This document shows, one piece after another, positions 25,526 through 37,770 of a stretch of 64,000 nucleotides of DNA. The stretch's first letter is position 1, and every line of letters starts with the position of its first letter. Origin of the DNA: the human T2T-CHM13v2.0 reference genome, Homo sapiens. The notes beneath the pieces are model-generated. The model saw only the letters and a list, made by a program, of their open reading frames with translations, ran no database searches and was not told the origin of the DNA. The stretch is taken from NCBI RefSeq assembly GCF_009914755.1, contig NC_060935.1, one strand, 5' to 3'. A program made the translations under genes and the position numbers.

Positions 25526-27339
25526 TGTATTTTCAGGACAAAGATGGGCATTCCTGGCACTAAGACAGACAGGGAAATCAGGACAGGGAGCCCTCCCTAT
25601 TTTTCTTATACACTGTGCTGACTTATACACTGTGTTTCCCTTTTTGCTTGAGCTAAAATCCCCAATAAACTGCCTTTCTCAAGACCATCTCAAACTCTTG
25701 GTCTATTTCTCTTCACTGAGGGCCAAGAACCCATCAGCTAGTAACATTCTGGCAACCCAGATGGAACTGGGGTTCCCAGACCCCTGACTTAATGGACAAT
25801 TCTCCATAGTAGTAGACAAGAAGCCCCCTGAGCACTTTCTGTGGTGTCTCTGCTACCTAGTGAGTTCTCTGACAGCTCAGAGATTACAAGGGCACCCCTT
25901 GAGCAATGCTGTTCACCCCTTCCCTTTCCTCCTTATTTGTAATTGCTGCTCTGATATCTCCTTACTCTACTTTTCCCCTTTTCCTTTCCTTCTCCTGTAG
26001 CCCCCTCTGTCCTTCTCCAACAACCCTTTCTCTTTTACTTTCTACTTATTTGGCTGAAATTTAATAGCCATTGGCTCCTGGGTTCTTTCTGTTCTGGTCT
26101 GGTCAGTTATGGCTGAAATCTGACAGCCTTTAGCTCTGGAATACTCTCCTATTTGGAGAGCAAGAGTTGTTTGAGGAAAGGAAAAGGGGAAAAGGAGTGA
26201 AAGGGGATTCCGTAGCAGCAATTTTAAATGAGGAGGAAAGGGAAGGGGTGAACAGCCAATTTGAAATCTGAGCTCTCAATTAGGTTGTCACAGTAAGGAA
26301 TTCCTTCATCTGCTGATGACTTTGTTTTGGAAATTGGTTTCTTTTTGTTCTGGTCTGTCCTCCCTTCCTCAACTCCCTCACTCTTTCTATCCTTACCCCC
26401 TACTTTCTTGTAAAACTCTCTATCTTCCTCCTTTCTCCTCCTGCTTTGAATCTGCTGTTACCAAGCTACTGGTGTTAAGATAAAACTCACTGTTGCAAAG
26501 TTACTTAAAAGATTTTGTTTTTCTTATACAGTTCAGCCAGTTCTGGCTAAAATAGTAGCATTAGAAACTGATTTAAAATTAAGGAAAAAAAAAGAAAGAT
26601 AAAAGAGGTTTTAAAAATCACAACTGTCATGAAAATGACATTACCCAAATTCCGGTCCCCAAATTTCCTTGAATTACCTATTGGAGCAAATCAAGTGTAG
26701 CCATGTGAAAAGGTCCCAGTTTCGTCAGAAATATTTAGAATAAGCTATCTTTCCTAAAATGATTAGTTCGTATTGCTATCTTATGGCTACAATCCCAACA
26801 TAAAAGCGATTGGATCTCAGTGTGCCTGTATACATGTTTAAATATGTTTATGTGTATATACATATAATATGTATTGTGTCTAGCATGCTACCTATTGGCT
26901 CATACATAAACCAGCACTCAAAAATTAAGTCAAAATGCTTTTCAAGTTCACATGAATCTTTAGGATATAAAACTGGTTTTAAAAATCTTTGGTGAGATAA
27001 ATATTAAAATGTCTTCAGAAATATCAGCATACAGTTGTGTCTCGATAAGTTTAATATTTGCCTCTGCTAAATGTTTAATATGTCAGATTTTGGCACAGAC
27101 TTTATAAGACTATAAACCCAGCCAAAACAGGGTAATTTTTGTTTGTGTAATCCTTTTAACAAATAAGACTAATTTAAAATTTGTAGTTCAATAAAAACAA
27201 TTAAATCTGAATTATTGGCAAAATGTATTTAACTTCAAGGATCTTATTTAGATGTTCACCTAATGTTCATACTTAAGCCCATCTCAAACTCTTGGTCTAC
27301 TTCTATTTATTGAGGGTCAAAAACTAGGTGTTGACAACA
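25526..27339 (+). mobile_element. Deleted ERV1 (MER4-group-like) provirus: 5' LTR remnant, PBS, non-coding internal leader, 3' LTR tip
   Basis: LTR with AATAAA ending ...gtaaca at 25746; PBS at 25750; MER4-group-like internal sequence (tacagttcagccagttctggctaaaat); 25685-25730 repeated at 27279-27324 (40/46 identical), ending ...caaca. LTR start uncertain. Confidence 0.75.
25750..25767 (+). promoter_or_regulatory. Retroviral primer-binding site, tRNA-Arg type
   Basis: tggcaacccagatggaac matches TGGCGACCCAGATGGGAC (complement of a tRNA-Arg-CCG 3' end, as recalled) at 16/18; 3 nt after the LTR terminal CA. Confidence 0.7.
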
Positions 27340-27624
27340 TATTTGGGGTATACTTAATCAAGGGCAGGTTGTGAGAATATGACCATACCAGCAACTGAAA
27401 ATATATTTCTGATAAATATTTATAGATATATATACTTCTGATAAATATTTATCCTCAAATCTTGCTAATTCGAGAGATTATCACTTAATTTTTTCACAAA
27501 TAAAATATTTATCATTATAGTTACACAATGAATTATCACTAAACCTCATTCTTGCAACACAAGAATAAACGTTACAACATGTAAAATACTTCAAGTAAGC
27601 CAGAAAAATTGCCCAACATAGAGT

Positions 27625-27810
27625 GGCAGTAATGCCAAAGCTAGAAGGAACTTAGAGTGTGTCTAGTCTAATCTCCTTAATTTACAAATGGGAGATAGAT
27701 ATGGAGAGTTGTCATATGACTTGTCTAAAGTTCATTCACCTCGTATTTGGTAGTACCAAAGCTTTAAATTTTCTTTTCTGACTCCTGATTCAATGCTTGT
27801 TCTGCAACAG
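27625..27810 (-). mobile_element. MIR3-like SINE
   Basis: agctagaaggaacttagag...ctagtctaatctccttaatttacaaatgggaga...gacttgtctaaagttca. Confidence 0.7.
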
Positions 27811-28944
27811 TTGACTGACACCATTCAATGAAGGGGGGGTTTCTCTAAGAATGTGGCTCTGGTGAATCCTTGTCCACTAGGATTGCATTGCAGTCCCCTC
27901 ATTTTGAGGCCACTAAAGCCTAGCTCTCACACAAATTGCCTAGGTGAATCTAACAGCATTTTTACCTCCTGATACAAAAAGATGGTTCTGCAGAATGACA
28001 TGAAGCTTCTTGGAGGGAAGTGTGCAGGTGTCTCTTCTTAAGACATTGTTCCTGGAGAAGGCAGATTATCCTAACAGAGACTAAGTGTATGCTCTAAACT
28101 ACTATCTTGATGTCATTGACAGAAACTATACAATAAATGGGTATTGCATGGAAGAATGCCATCACTCTTACTTGGTAATGTCATGTGAGCAGAAAATAGT
28201 AAGAATTAGCTCTATTAGAAGTATTCTAAAGCCATTTTCTCCAGAGGTAATTGAAAAAAAATCTAGCTAGCTAGCATATCCAGCCAGATTTGCTTTTGAA
28301 AACACTTTCAAAAGAAACTCTCTGAAAAGTAAGTGATTTCCCTGTTTCCTTTATATGTTGTAGAAATGGCACTAAATACTTTAAGTCAGAGTAAAAGAAG
28401 GAATCTGCTGATACCTGGAAACACGGAATTAACATAAGTTTTTAAATTCATTGTTATTCTAAGCATCCTCAATATTTATGCCTTAAAAGCAATTATTTCT
28501 CCAAAGGTTAATCAGAGTATTAATCTTTATATCTAGGTAAAACTCATTTATGTTATTCACTATTGGTGAGCTATGGATTTTCAGCTGTGTTTCTCAGAGA
28601 GGTGGTAAAAGTAGTTCATTCTCCTATTTATGTCATCCTGCCACAATGAGCATGCAGTTGTTCAATTCATACCTTCCATGTGGGGTATGACTCTGAAAAC
28701 CTCCTCTTTCATACTTATTTGTTTCTCTCAACATCACCTTTCTCACAATCCCATTTCTGATCCCTTGTATCAAGTGGGATCTCCTCTGACTCTGAATATC
28801 CACAGCCCTCTCCTTATTATAAACAGTGCCAGGATGGGGAAGAAAGGGACAAACATGTATGTGTTCCTTCATTGCTGCAAGCAGTATGTGACCCAGTTTA
28901 CAGATGCACCCAACAAAAGATTAATTTTCATTAAATAATTTTAA

Positions 28945-29300
28945 TGCTATCTAATTTAATCCTCACAACAATGATTTGATGATATTATTAAAAACTGTAC
29001 ATACTATGACACTTCGCATTTCTCTGGAAGCCTTTCTGTTTTATTATTGTGACTCCTCTAAGGATGATTTGTGTGTAAGGAGAATTAAGAGGCCCCAGGG
29101 CTGTTTTCTGGCACTTGCTTGAATTTCACTTTTTGCCAATGAGTGTGTTGAAGCCAACTCCTATAGACAATATATTCTCTTTATCATGTGAGATAGGATT
29201 CCCATTCTATACATGAGGCAACAGGCTCAGATAAATAAATTTGTCCAAATTAACACAGCCAATTGGTAGCAGATTCTGAATACAAATATGGGTTTTCTCT
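28945..29300 (-). mobile_element. MIR SINE interrupted by a 169-bp duplicated segment
   Basis: Left part ctaatttaatcctcacaacaa; right part attcccattctatacatgaggcaacaggctcaga...ttgtccaaattaacacagc. Confidence 0.65.
29002..29170 (+). repeat. Direct repeat copy 1 (169 bp)
   Basis: Gapless alignment to 30012-30180; 143/169 identical by hand count. Confidence 0.95.
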
Positions 29301-30011
29301 TAGTTGCTGTTACTGCTGCTACTACTACCAGTAGTAGTAGCACTATTATTTTACAACTATGATCTTATGCCACAGTAAATTGTTTAAGTCCAATTTTTAA
29401 ATCATAATCTTCTTGAAGAGTGGGGCCATGGCCTTTTTATATTTGTCAAATTCAAGTGAATATAATAGAATCAAAGGGAGGTCATATTAACTTCTAACCA
29501 AACACTTGCCCTTATTGAAAAATGCTTTTGTCTAACTCTTACCTCCTTTGTGATAAGATACAGACTATCAAAACCAAAACTGAAGTGAAATGAAAAACAA
29601 TCCATCAGCCAGGTCTCTTGTTATAATTCACTCTTCATTTCTGTAATTTAAAAATGACATTTGCTATGACCATAAAATCTGCTAGATGTTACCAAAAATA
29701 TAGAAGCATGAGCTGATAGCACATGTTGAGCTCCAACGAGTTGTAACCAATAGGTTATTTTGTTCTTGGCTGGCACAGCCTGGCTTCTGTGTCCAAGATA
29801 AGACATGTGACGTCTGTCTTTCCTTCTCCAAAACCATGTTGTAGCAGTGTATCTCATTAAAAAAAATATTACAACACATTTTTCTTTTCTGATATGTGAT
29901 GTTCTAAAATGTTTCTGTCTTCCAAAGGGTATCAATAAGCATTTGGGGAGAAATACTAACATTTTTTGCGGTCAAATAGACGTAGTTTAGAAAGAAAAAA
30001 AGCAAATTACC

Positions 30012-30180
30012 TACTGTGACACTGGCCATATCTCTGGAAGGCTTTCTATTTTATTATGGGGACTCCTCTAAGGGTGATTTGTGTCTCAGGGGAATAAAGT
30101 GGTCCCAGGGCTGTTTTCTGGCACTTGTTCAAATTTTACTCTTTGCCAGTGGGTGTGTTGAAGCAGTCTCCTATAGACAA
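30012..30180 (+). repeat. Direct repeat copy 2 (169 bp, probable source)
   Basis: Gapless alignment to 29002-29170; continues into an intact MER63. Confidence 0.95.
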
Positions 30181-30310
30181 GTGAGAGACAATTGTTTTGC
30201 AACCTAGTTGTTAACATGTTGGTAGCTTGTGGGAGTATTCACACCATAGATATCATGCTACAAATCAGGGACCCCCAATTTTTTGAGAGCCTGTTTAGAG
30301 AGCATCACTG
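30147..30310. mobile_element. MER63A-like hAT-Blackjack element
   Basis: cagtgggtgtgttg...gttggtagcttg...tgggagtattcacacca...gctacaaatcaggg...gagagcc...agcatcactg. Confidence 0.8.
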
Positions 30311-30373
30311 CATTTAACTCTGGTAAATTGTATACAAACAACTAGTGTAAAATTATAAAGAGATAGGAATGCA

Positions 30374-30565
30374 CTGGGGCACAATGTCTGGTTGTGCAAG
30401 CTGTTGTGTGCCCAAAGAAACCCACCTGGGGATAAGTGAAAACAGAAATGCAATTCACACTCTGGTGCCCAAGCTGTGTGCTGTGGCATGGTACTGTGAC
30501 CTCCTAGGGGAGGTTATATTTTTCCATTTTGCAAAAATGTGCCTTGTGAGTTATCGATGGTTCTG
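30374..30565. mobile_element. MER91A-like hAT-Tip100 element
   Basis: ggttgtgcaagctgttgtgtgcccaaag...gaaatgcaattcacactctggtgcccaagctgtgtgc. Confidence 0.6.
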
Positions 30566-31053
30566 TTTAAGTCCGATTGTATACATCCCTACACTGATGC
30601 TCCCCAGGCCACCATCTGCAGTGTAACAACTGCTGATTACATGAGGTATATAATTCTTTATGCACCCTGTACTTCAAATAACAAGAAATAATAAGATAAT
30701 AAAATTCTAGTTATTATCTACTCTCTAAGAACATATGTATTTATTTTATACATGAGTACCCTGTTGTTCAGAGAAGTTAGGAAACTTGTTCAAAATCACA
30801 TAACTAATAAAAGAGCAGCAGTTCAACTCACATCTATCTGACTCTAACATCTCCCCAAATGGCTTGTGTGCTGACCTTCACTTGACATGACTGGAAATTA
30901 TTTCTTTAGAGTACAAGTTACAGGAAAAGGTTTTAAATCTATAATAAACAAACAAATACTTACAAAATAGACTGCATTTTTTCAAAACAAATATTTCATA
31001 ATTTTCCTCTTTTAATCATTTCAACTGCATTCTTTACTTATTTATGGAGAACA

Positions 31054-31108
31054 AAATCCAAGCTCAGAAAAATTAGAGATTAAGAAATCCAAGCTCAGAA
31101 AATTAGAG
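31054..31108 (+). repeat. Short tandem duplication (~31-bp period)
   Basis: aaatccaagctcagaaaa(a)ttagag occurs twice. Confidence 0.9.
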
Positions 31109-31214
31109 TTCATTAATACTGAAAAGCTATGACATTCAACCAATCAAACACCAATAACAAGCAACACTTGTGCAGAATTTTACAGTTTACAAATGTTAAT
31201 TGTTCAAGAAAAAA

Positions 31215-31628
31215 TAAAGCAAGAGTGATGCTATGTGATTTCTGAAGCTAGGTCATAAGATGGATATGAATTCTGTTTGGCTGTCTCCCAGGAGGCTTGC
31301 CTTTGGAATTCAACCTTTATGTTGTGAGAAGTCCAGGCCACATGGAGAAGCCATGTGTAGCTGTTCCAGACTATAGTCCTAGTAAAGAAATCAGCAGAGA
31401 GCCAGCACCAACTGCCAAACATTTGAATGAATGAACCAGCAGATGATTCCAGCCTCTTTGTGTCTTCCCACTGAGGGCTTAGACATTCAGAGTGCAGACA
31501 TATCATCCCTGCTGTGTCTTATCTGAATGCCTGGCCACAGAAGCATGAGAGATAATAAATGTTTGTTTTAATACACTAAGATTTGGGGAAATACACTAAT
31601 ACACCATGCAGAATAGATAACAAATACA
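31215..31628 (+). mobile_element. MLT1 (G/H-like) MaLR LTR
   Basis: tgatttctgaagctaggtcataa...ggccacatggagaagccatgtgtag...agatgattccagcc...gagataataaatg...gataacaaataca. Confidence 0.85.
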
Positions 31629-31833
31629 GTAATCTTTAGACAGACCGCAGGAAACACTAGCAGACACACTAAAATCGTGCCTGAAATATAGTGGACACTG
31701 AACAAATAATTGTTGAATGAATAAAAGAAGCCCAATATAAAAATAATGTAGGCTTCTATAGTCTGAGTAGAACCACAACTTTTACTGACCAATATCTCTT
31801 TTTGTCTTTTCCTTTTAAATAATGGCAACTTTG

Positions 31834-32138
31834 GGCTGGAGGGAGTGACTCGTGCCTGTAATCCCAGCTCTTTGGGAGGCTGAAGTGGGTGGATAACCTG
31901 AGGCCTGGAGTTCGAGACCAGCCTGGACAACATGGAGAAGCCCTGTCTCTACTAAAAATACAAAAATTGGCCAGGCATGGTGGTACATGCCTGTAATCCC
32001 AGCTACTCAGGAGGCTGAGGCAGGAGAATTGCTTGAACCCAGGAGGCAGAGGTTGCAGTGAGCCAATTTTGTGTCATTGTACTCCAACCTGGGCAACAAG
32101 AGAGAAAATCTGTCTCAAGAAAAATAAATAAATAAATA
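31834..32138 (+). mobile_element. AluS (Sp/Sq-like)
   Basis: Dimeric Alu with atggagaa and gggcaacaagag features; (AAAT)n tail; TSD aat(a/g)atggcaactt. Confidence 0.95.
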
Positions 32139-32489
32139 ATGATGGCAACTTCCTCTCCAAAACCATTAAGAAAACAATCCCAGAATGAGAAAGCCCTGCA
32201 AATAACTCAGAGTAAAGTACTGAAAAATCTCCACGGATTAGAGTGCAAATGCATACGCCTATTTTGTTTTGCTTGTTTTATTCCACATGAGAGCCTATTC
32301 AAATAATATTTTCTAACCCTTCAGTGAAGAGAACTTAAAAGTGAATTAACTCATTTGTAATCTTGGGAGAATATGAACATTGTCATGTTAAATAGAGACA
32401 TACGAGAATCAGAGGATAGATGAGAGTATGTGCTGAAGTTAAACAAGTTTCACATTCTGATTCTATCCCTTTTTAGCCAGGTGGCAGTA

Positions 32490-32710
32490 TTAGTGGCAGT
32501 TAACATTAAAAAATATATTTTATCATGTTTCAGGTACAATTTTATGTGTATTACATGTATTCACTACTTTAGTTCTCACAGAAATTGTATAAACCATTAT
32601 TAGCCCTATATTATAAATGAGGAATCCGAGGCACAGAGAGGTCAAGAAACTCCAAAGTCACACAGCTAGTAAATGCAAAGATAAGACAAGAGCTCATGCT
32701 CTTAGCCTCT
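32490..32710 (-). mobile_element. MIR SINE
   Basis: aaatgaggaatccgaggcacagagaggtcaag...aagtcacacagctagtaaatg. Confidence 0.85.
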
Positions 32711-32929
32711 CTAAACCTCTATGTACTTAATAAAAGAGGTTAATAGATGCACACTGTTAACAGTGCATTGTTCATTATTACAAATTTCTTAGGAGGCAGC
32801 ATGTCACAGTGGCTCAATTTGTTTAATATAAAAAAGCTTAATAGCAATGCCTGTTAGAGTCTTATATAAATGAGATGATACTTATAATGTGTTTACAGTA
32901 GTGTTTGAAACACAGTACACAATAAACAA

Positions 32930-33240
32930 TTATTTTTCTATCCACATTGCTCAAATATAGTTTTAAAAAATAAAATCATACTATACATTTTCTTTGTAGC
33001 CTTCTTTTATGCCCTATGATAATCCATGTTAATTAAAATGTATCCATCAATTTCATCGGCAGCATATAATTCTAATGCATGATTATACTATAATTAAACC
33101 AATCCCTATTTGTAGGGATGCAGGTTGTTTACATTTTTTCTAGTGTAAATAATACTACATATGAACATCCTTATGCATAAATCTCTTCATAGTTTACCTT
33201 TGGATAAATCCCTGAGAGTAGAACTTCTGGATGAGAAGAT
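32930..33240 (-). mobile_element. Old L1ME fragment
   Basis: aaccaatccctatt...ggttgtttacatttt...atgaacatcctt...ggataaatccctgagagtagaa. Confidence 0.6.
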
Positions 33241-35189
33241 AATAATCTAATTTTGATAACAGAAGGAAACCCTGTAGAGTAAATGATCTACTCAAAATCT
33301 TACAGAACCAGAGTTAATGCCGGGACTAGAAAGAATGGTCTTTAAAACACAGTTATATAACTATGTATATTTTTTTCAACACAAAGTGTCAAAAGAGATT
33401 AAGGCCTGTCAGCTAGTAAAAATCTAGGCTTAAGCTGAACCCAGATTTCCTGAATCCCAAAACTAGAATCTTTGACGTATAAAAGATGATTTGTGTAAGG
33501 CATCTTCTTTGCATAACAATAAAATCAGAATAACTGGCTTAGGTGCTTTGCCACATAAATGAAGAGTTTTAATAGGCATAGGTGTTACATTATTTGTGAC
33601 CTGGTAAAATACTACTCCTTTAGTCCATTATAATTCTAAGAAATAAGAACCATGGTACATAAAATGACAATCTTGCTGGAAAATCTTCACTGTACTGTTT
33701 GCTCATAACAGAGGAAAAGTGACTTCTTTAATAATGATGACATATATTTCTAAGCCTCATACATCATTTAAACACCCATTACTCTTTGCCCTTCATCAAT
33801 ATTTTAGGAACACTATAAAACTTGGATTGTTCTTGGAAATAATTCTTTCATTTTTGCAGTAATTTGTTTCACTACCAGTAAAATTAGATAAATACCCTTA
33901 ACTGGTACAAACTATTTCTCTTAGGTTTGAGTCAAGAGAAGCCAAAATGAGTCCTCAGATGGTGACGTGAAGGCTCTGTCTAATATACCTTTTCTGAGTT
34001 GGATTTCTTCTTTCCTTTATTCCATCTTACTCTTGTTCAGATATAATTCAATAAAATCATATTATTTCTAATCAATTAATTTTCTTATTCCTCTAATATA
34101 TATTCTGAGGGCCTACCAAGGCCTAAAAATAAAACTTTAAGACAATATGTTTCCTTCCTGCAAGAAATTCTTAATCCAACAGATGATTTGTCCTTAAATT
34201 ATTTTTGAAATATAATCCCTTACAAATTTAAACTAGGCTTAAGTAGATAGCCATATATTATAATGGAAAAGTAGAACACATGCAAAAGGAACAGTAGGAA
34301 CATATGTTAACCAAAGACAGGCATTAGAAAAAAATATATTTTTAATTGATGCCATGAAAAATTTAAAATTTACAATTATTTGGAGCTTCAGTATAATAGG
34401 TAGGAAGACTTAGTTTAAAGGAAACTACATTATGACCATTCAACCTACTAAAAAATATAATAAACTGAAATGTTGTTCCATAATTGCCATAAAGAGAAGC
34501 AATTATTTATCTCAGGGAGAAGCAAGATATTGGCACTTAAGGGACAAAAATAGCAAACATTAGTTTGCTGTTAAAATGTATCCTCCTTTTCTCATTCCTT
34601 TACTAGTATCTTAGAACTTTATTTCCCTTGTTTCTTAAATATGTATATTTCATAAAAACTCAGACTCTTAAGAAATGTTTTGCTTACATTCTTCTCGTCA
34701 TATTATTTCATGGTCATGCTGTGCAGAATGACAGTGATTTTAAATAGGCCTTCATTACACTCCTTAGCAACCTGAAAACAATATGGAAATCTATTATTTT
34801 AATTTCTTTTAATCTTGAGAACCCCAAAATCTTTAAGTTGTTTCCTTTACCCATGAGTCGTTAGCCATCATTATACTGTTTTGCCTTATCTAAAAAGGCA
34901 AACGAGTGAGTGACTTTCTGAGGCTCATGAGAGGTGTCAGTATGTATGGAGCTGCAGTAATCCCCCACGTTTTAGGGATAAGACTGTTTAATCCTTGAGA
35001 GTTGCATCAGCGAAACAGGCAGTGAATGAGATTAGCCATCTTTATGTAGAAGAAAATATACTTCCCAAATCAGATAAGAAGAGCTGGCCCTGTAGATAAT
35101 TCCTTCACAGAATATGGAATCTAGTTTCAGAAAGATATAACTAAAACATAAGTTTTACAAAAAAAGAAAAAAAGAAAGAAAAAAATGGT

Positions 35190-35795
35190 ATACACTGTGC
35201 TAATCCCATTATTGGTATGAAGAAATGCCTGGGTTTTGGAGTCAGAATTTCTGGGCTCAAAATCCAGCTCTTCTTCTTACTGTGAGACTGAAATATTTAT
35301 CTAGTCTCTTTGGCCCATCAGTATTCGTTTTTTGTTTGTTTGTTTGCTTGTTTGGTTTTTGTTTCTTGGGGGTTTTCTTTTTTTTTTTTTTTTTGAGATG
35401 GGGTCTCACTCTGCTGCTCAGGCTGGAGTGCAATCGCATGATCTCACCTCCCGGGTTCAAGCGATTCTCCTGTCTCAGCCTCCTGAGTAGCTGGGACTAC
35501 AGGCATACGCCACTATGCCTGGTTGATTTTTGTATTTTTAGTAGAGACGGGATTTCACGATGTTGGCCAGGCTGATCTGGAACTCCTTACCTCAGGTGGT
35601 CTGCCCACCTCGGCCTCCCAAAGTGCTGGGATTACAGGTGTGAGCCACTGTGCCTGGCCCAGTAATCTCATTTATAAATAAGGATAATAATAACTCCCTC
35701 TAGAATTGAGACTCAAAAGAGATAATATAGGAAAATACATAGAACAAGGCCTAGGATACTGTTAGCGCTCAATGAACAGTACCTGCTATTATTAA
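35190..35795 (+). mobile_element. MIR split by an Alu insertion
   Basis: gggttttggagtcaga...aaatccagctct (left); ctcatttataaataaggataataata...gcgctcaatgaa (right). Confidence 0.75.
35327..35659 (-). mobile_element. AluSx-like with ~17-nt internal deletion and degenerate (GTTT)n/T tail
   Basis: gatctc|acctcccggg lacks the consensus ggctcactgcaacctcc; ends gtgagccactgtgcctggcc. Confidence 0.95.
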
Positions 35796-36059
35796 TATTT
35801 TGTCTATCATATGGATGTTTACTATTCCTGTGGTTTCTAGTTGTCTTTTTTTATTTGGTATTTTATTCCTTAACAGATTATTTTCAAACACCATATCATG
35901 TTTATCTTGCCCTATTTTTTGCTTTATCCCTGATTATCTTTCAACTCTGCATCATTAGATCTCTTCTGCTGAGTCTTCTTTTACCCAGAGGCCTCTTGCC
36001 CAGAGTTCTATCAGAGGCCATCTGAGGTAAATGTTGCTATTTCCTCTCTTGTCTTGCTT

Positions 36060-36500
36060 GGCCTTATCACCTGTAAAATGAGAAAATAGTAGTACTTATC
36101 TCACAGAACACTGAAGAGAATTATATGAGGTAATTCATGTGAAGGGCCATACGTAGTATCACACATATAATTACCCAGTGGATGGTAGTCAACATCATTT
36201 TTACCCACAATGTCTTCAGAAGTGGCTTCTACTAAAAAGCCTTCTCTCATTTTTCTCCAAACTATCCCTAAACCTCAGTCCACCCTTCCAACTCTGGCTT
36301 TGTTTCTAGCTCTGTGCCCTCTGCTCCCAAAACACCCAATAAGTCAAATATAGCATTTTCTGCATTCTATCAAAATTGCTTATGTTTCTCTTTCCCCCAT
36401 GAAACTGCAACAACTTTGAGAGCCAGTAAAATGTCGTACTGCAACTTCCTTGCCTCAGTGTGTAGTAACATGAATGCTCCACCCAAATGCATTGAATTGT
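36060..36500 (+). mobile_element. MIR 3' part (~36060-36195) followed by an L2 3' fragment
   Basis: cacctgtaaaatgagaaaatagtagtacttatctcacag; gaaactgcaacaactttgagagc. Confidence 0.6.
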
Positions 36501-37089
36501 TTTTACAAAACTCAGGATCAGACAGGGACTTCAACAAACTCATCTAGGTCTGTCCTCAAAGTTTTATGTGCATATTCAGCAGTCCCTTTCTCCGATATCT
36601 TTACTTCAGCAAACTTTTCTATTACATTGCATTAAATTATCTATTTTTCTTTACCTTTATTTATAAAAGATATCTATTTCCAGCATACTTCTAATATTTT
36701 CTCTTTAAGCTGAGCAACAAAATATAGATAAATACATTTCTGCAGGTAATGCAAGCTATCTATTCTCCTGAAAAGAGAATTGCAACAAAACAAAACAAAA
36801 CAAGAATCTTCTTTTTAAAAAGCTAAATAAGCAAAAAAGAATAAATGCATAGGTAACCCAGATAAGAATTCTTTAAAGCAGCTGCTTGCCAAGCAAACAT
36901 TGGTTCTTTATTTCTATAATATAGCCTCATGGAAGTAATCTTTCACCAAGAATGTCTTGGTATTCTCATAACTTGTTAGTGTCAAAGGATCCAGGCAAAA
37001 CAACTAGTTAGAAATCCATGATCAAAAATGTTGCAGGTGCAGGACTTAAAAAGGGCCTATAGTATGAGAACATTTTTGAAAACATTGAT

Positions 37090-37490
37090 TATGTCAGTTA
37101 ATAATAATAAAACCTTGAGCAAGCTCCTTAACTTTGTATTGCCTCATCTGTAAAAGGGTGGTAACACGATCTCCCACAGAACTGTTGAGAGGTTACACAA
37201 GATCATTAATGAGAAAGTACTTTGTAAATGTTGAAGAATAAATCTAATATAATGCCTAAGCATGGTAAAACCCTGAATTTTGGTAGTTCCAAACAACAGC
37301 ACACTGCTTCATATTATTTGGGCCCATGTCTTTCTATTTTTCCCCAAAGATGAAGTCCTTTGAGAGCCCAAATATTATCTTATTCCTAGTTTGCTTCCCA
37401 AAGTTTATGACTTAGTAAGTGAAAATAATAGGTGTTTTAAGACTGCTGAATGTCTGAATAAATGAAGATGAATGGAATGAATGAACAATG
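37090..37490 (+). mobile_element. MIR (~37090-37235) and L2 tail (~37330-37490)
   Basis: accttgagcaagctccttaac...cctcatctgtaaaaggg; gaatggaatgaatgaa. Confidence 0.6.
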
Positions 37491-37770
37491 GGTAACAAAA
37501 AATTAAATGAGTAAATTCCTTCTCTGATTTGGGGAAAATATTTGCCAAAATATTTTAGTGGAGGAGAAAAATGTTGACTATGGTTGTCAAATAGAGAACT
37601 GTTCAAACATTAGGCCAGAGAATATATAATAAACTTATAGAGACAAAAGCATTCAATGTAAAACTCACTCAATTCTTTGGACTCATATAACCTGGAAACA
37701 AATGGTCATTATTCATTAAGGAATACATAAAGAACGACATCTGCATGTGATGATTAAATTACAATTAAAC

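Noticed and set aside
27400-27455. Small direct repeats here and at ~25605, ~38775, ~51385 and ~61530
   Set aside because: Ordinary slippage duplications of 7-17 bp; not an array and no spacer structure
29002-30180. The duplicated 169-bp units as mutually exclusive coding exons (LQHTHWQ[R/K]VKF[E/K]QVPENSPG with several synonymous-looking differences)
   Set aside because: That frame has in-frame stops in both copies, including a shared TAG; the other frames checked (copy 2) also stop; part of the sequence is MER63-derived
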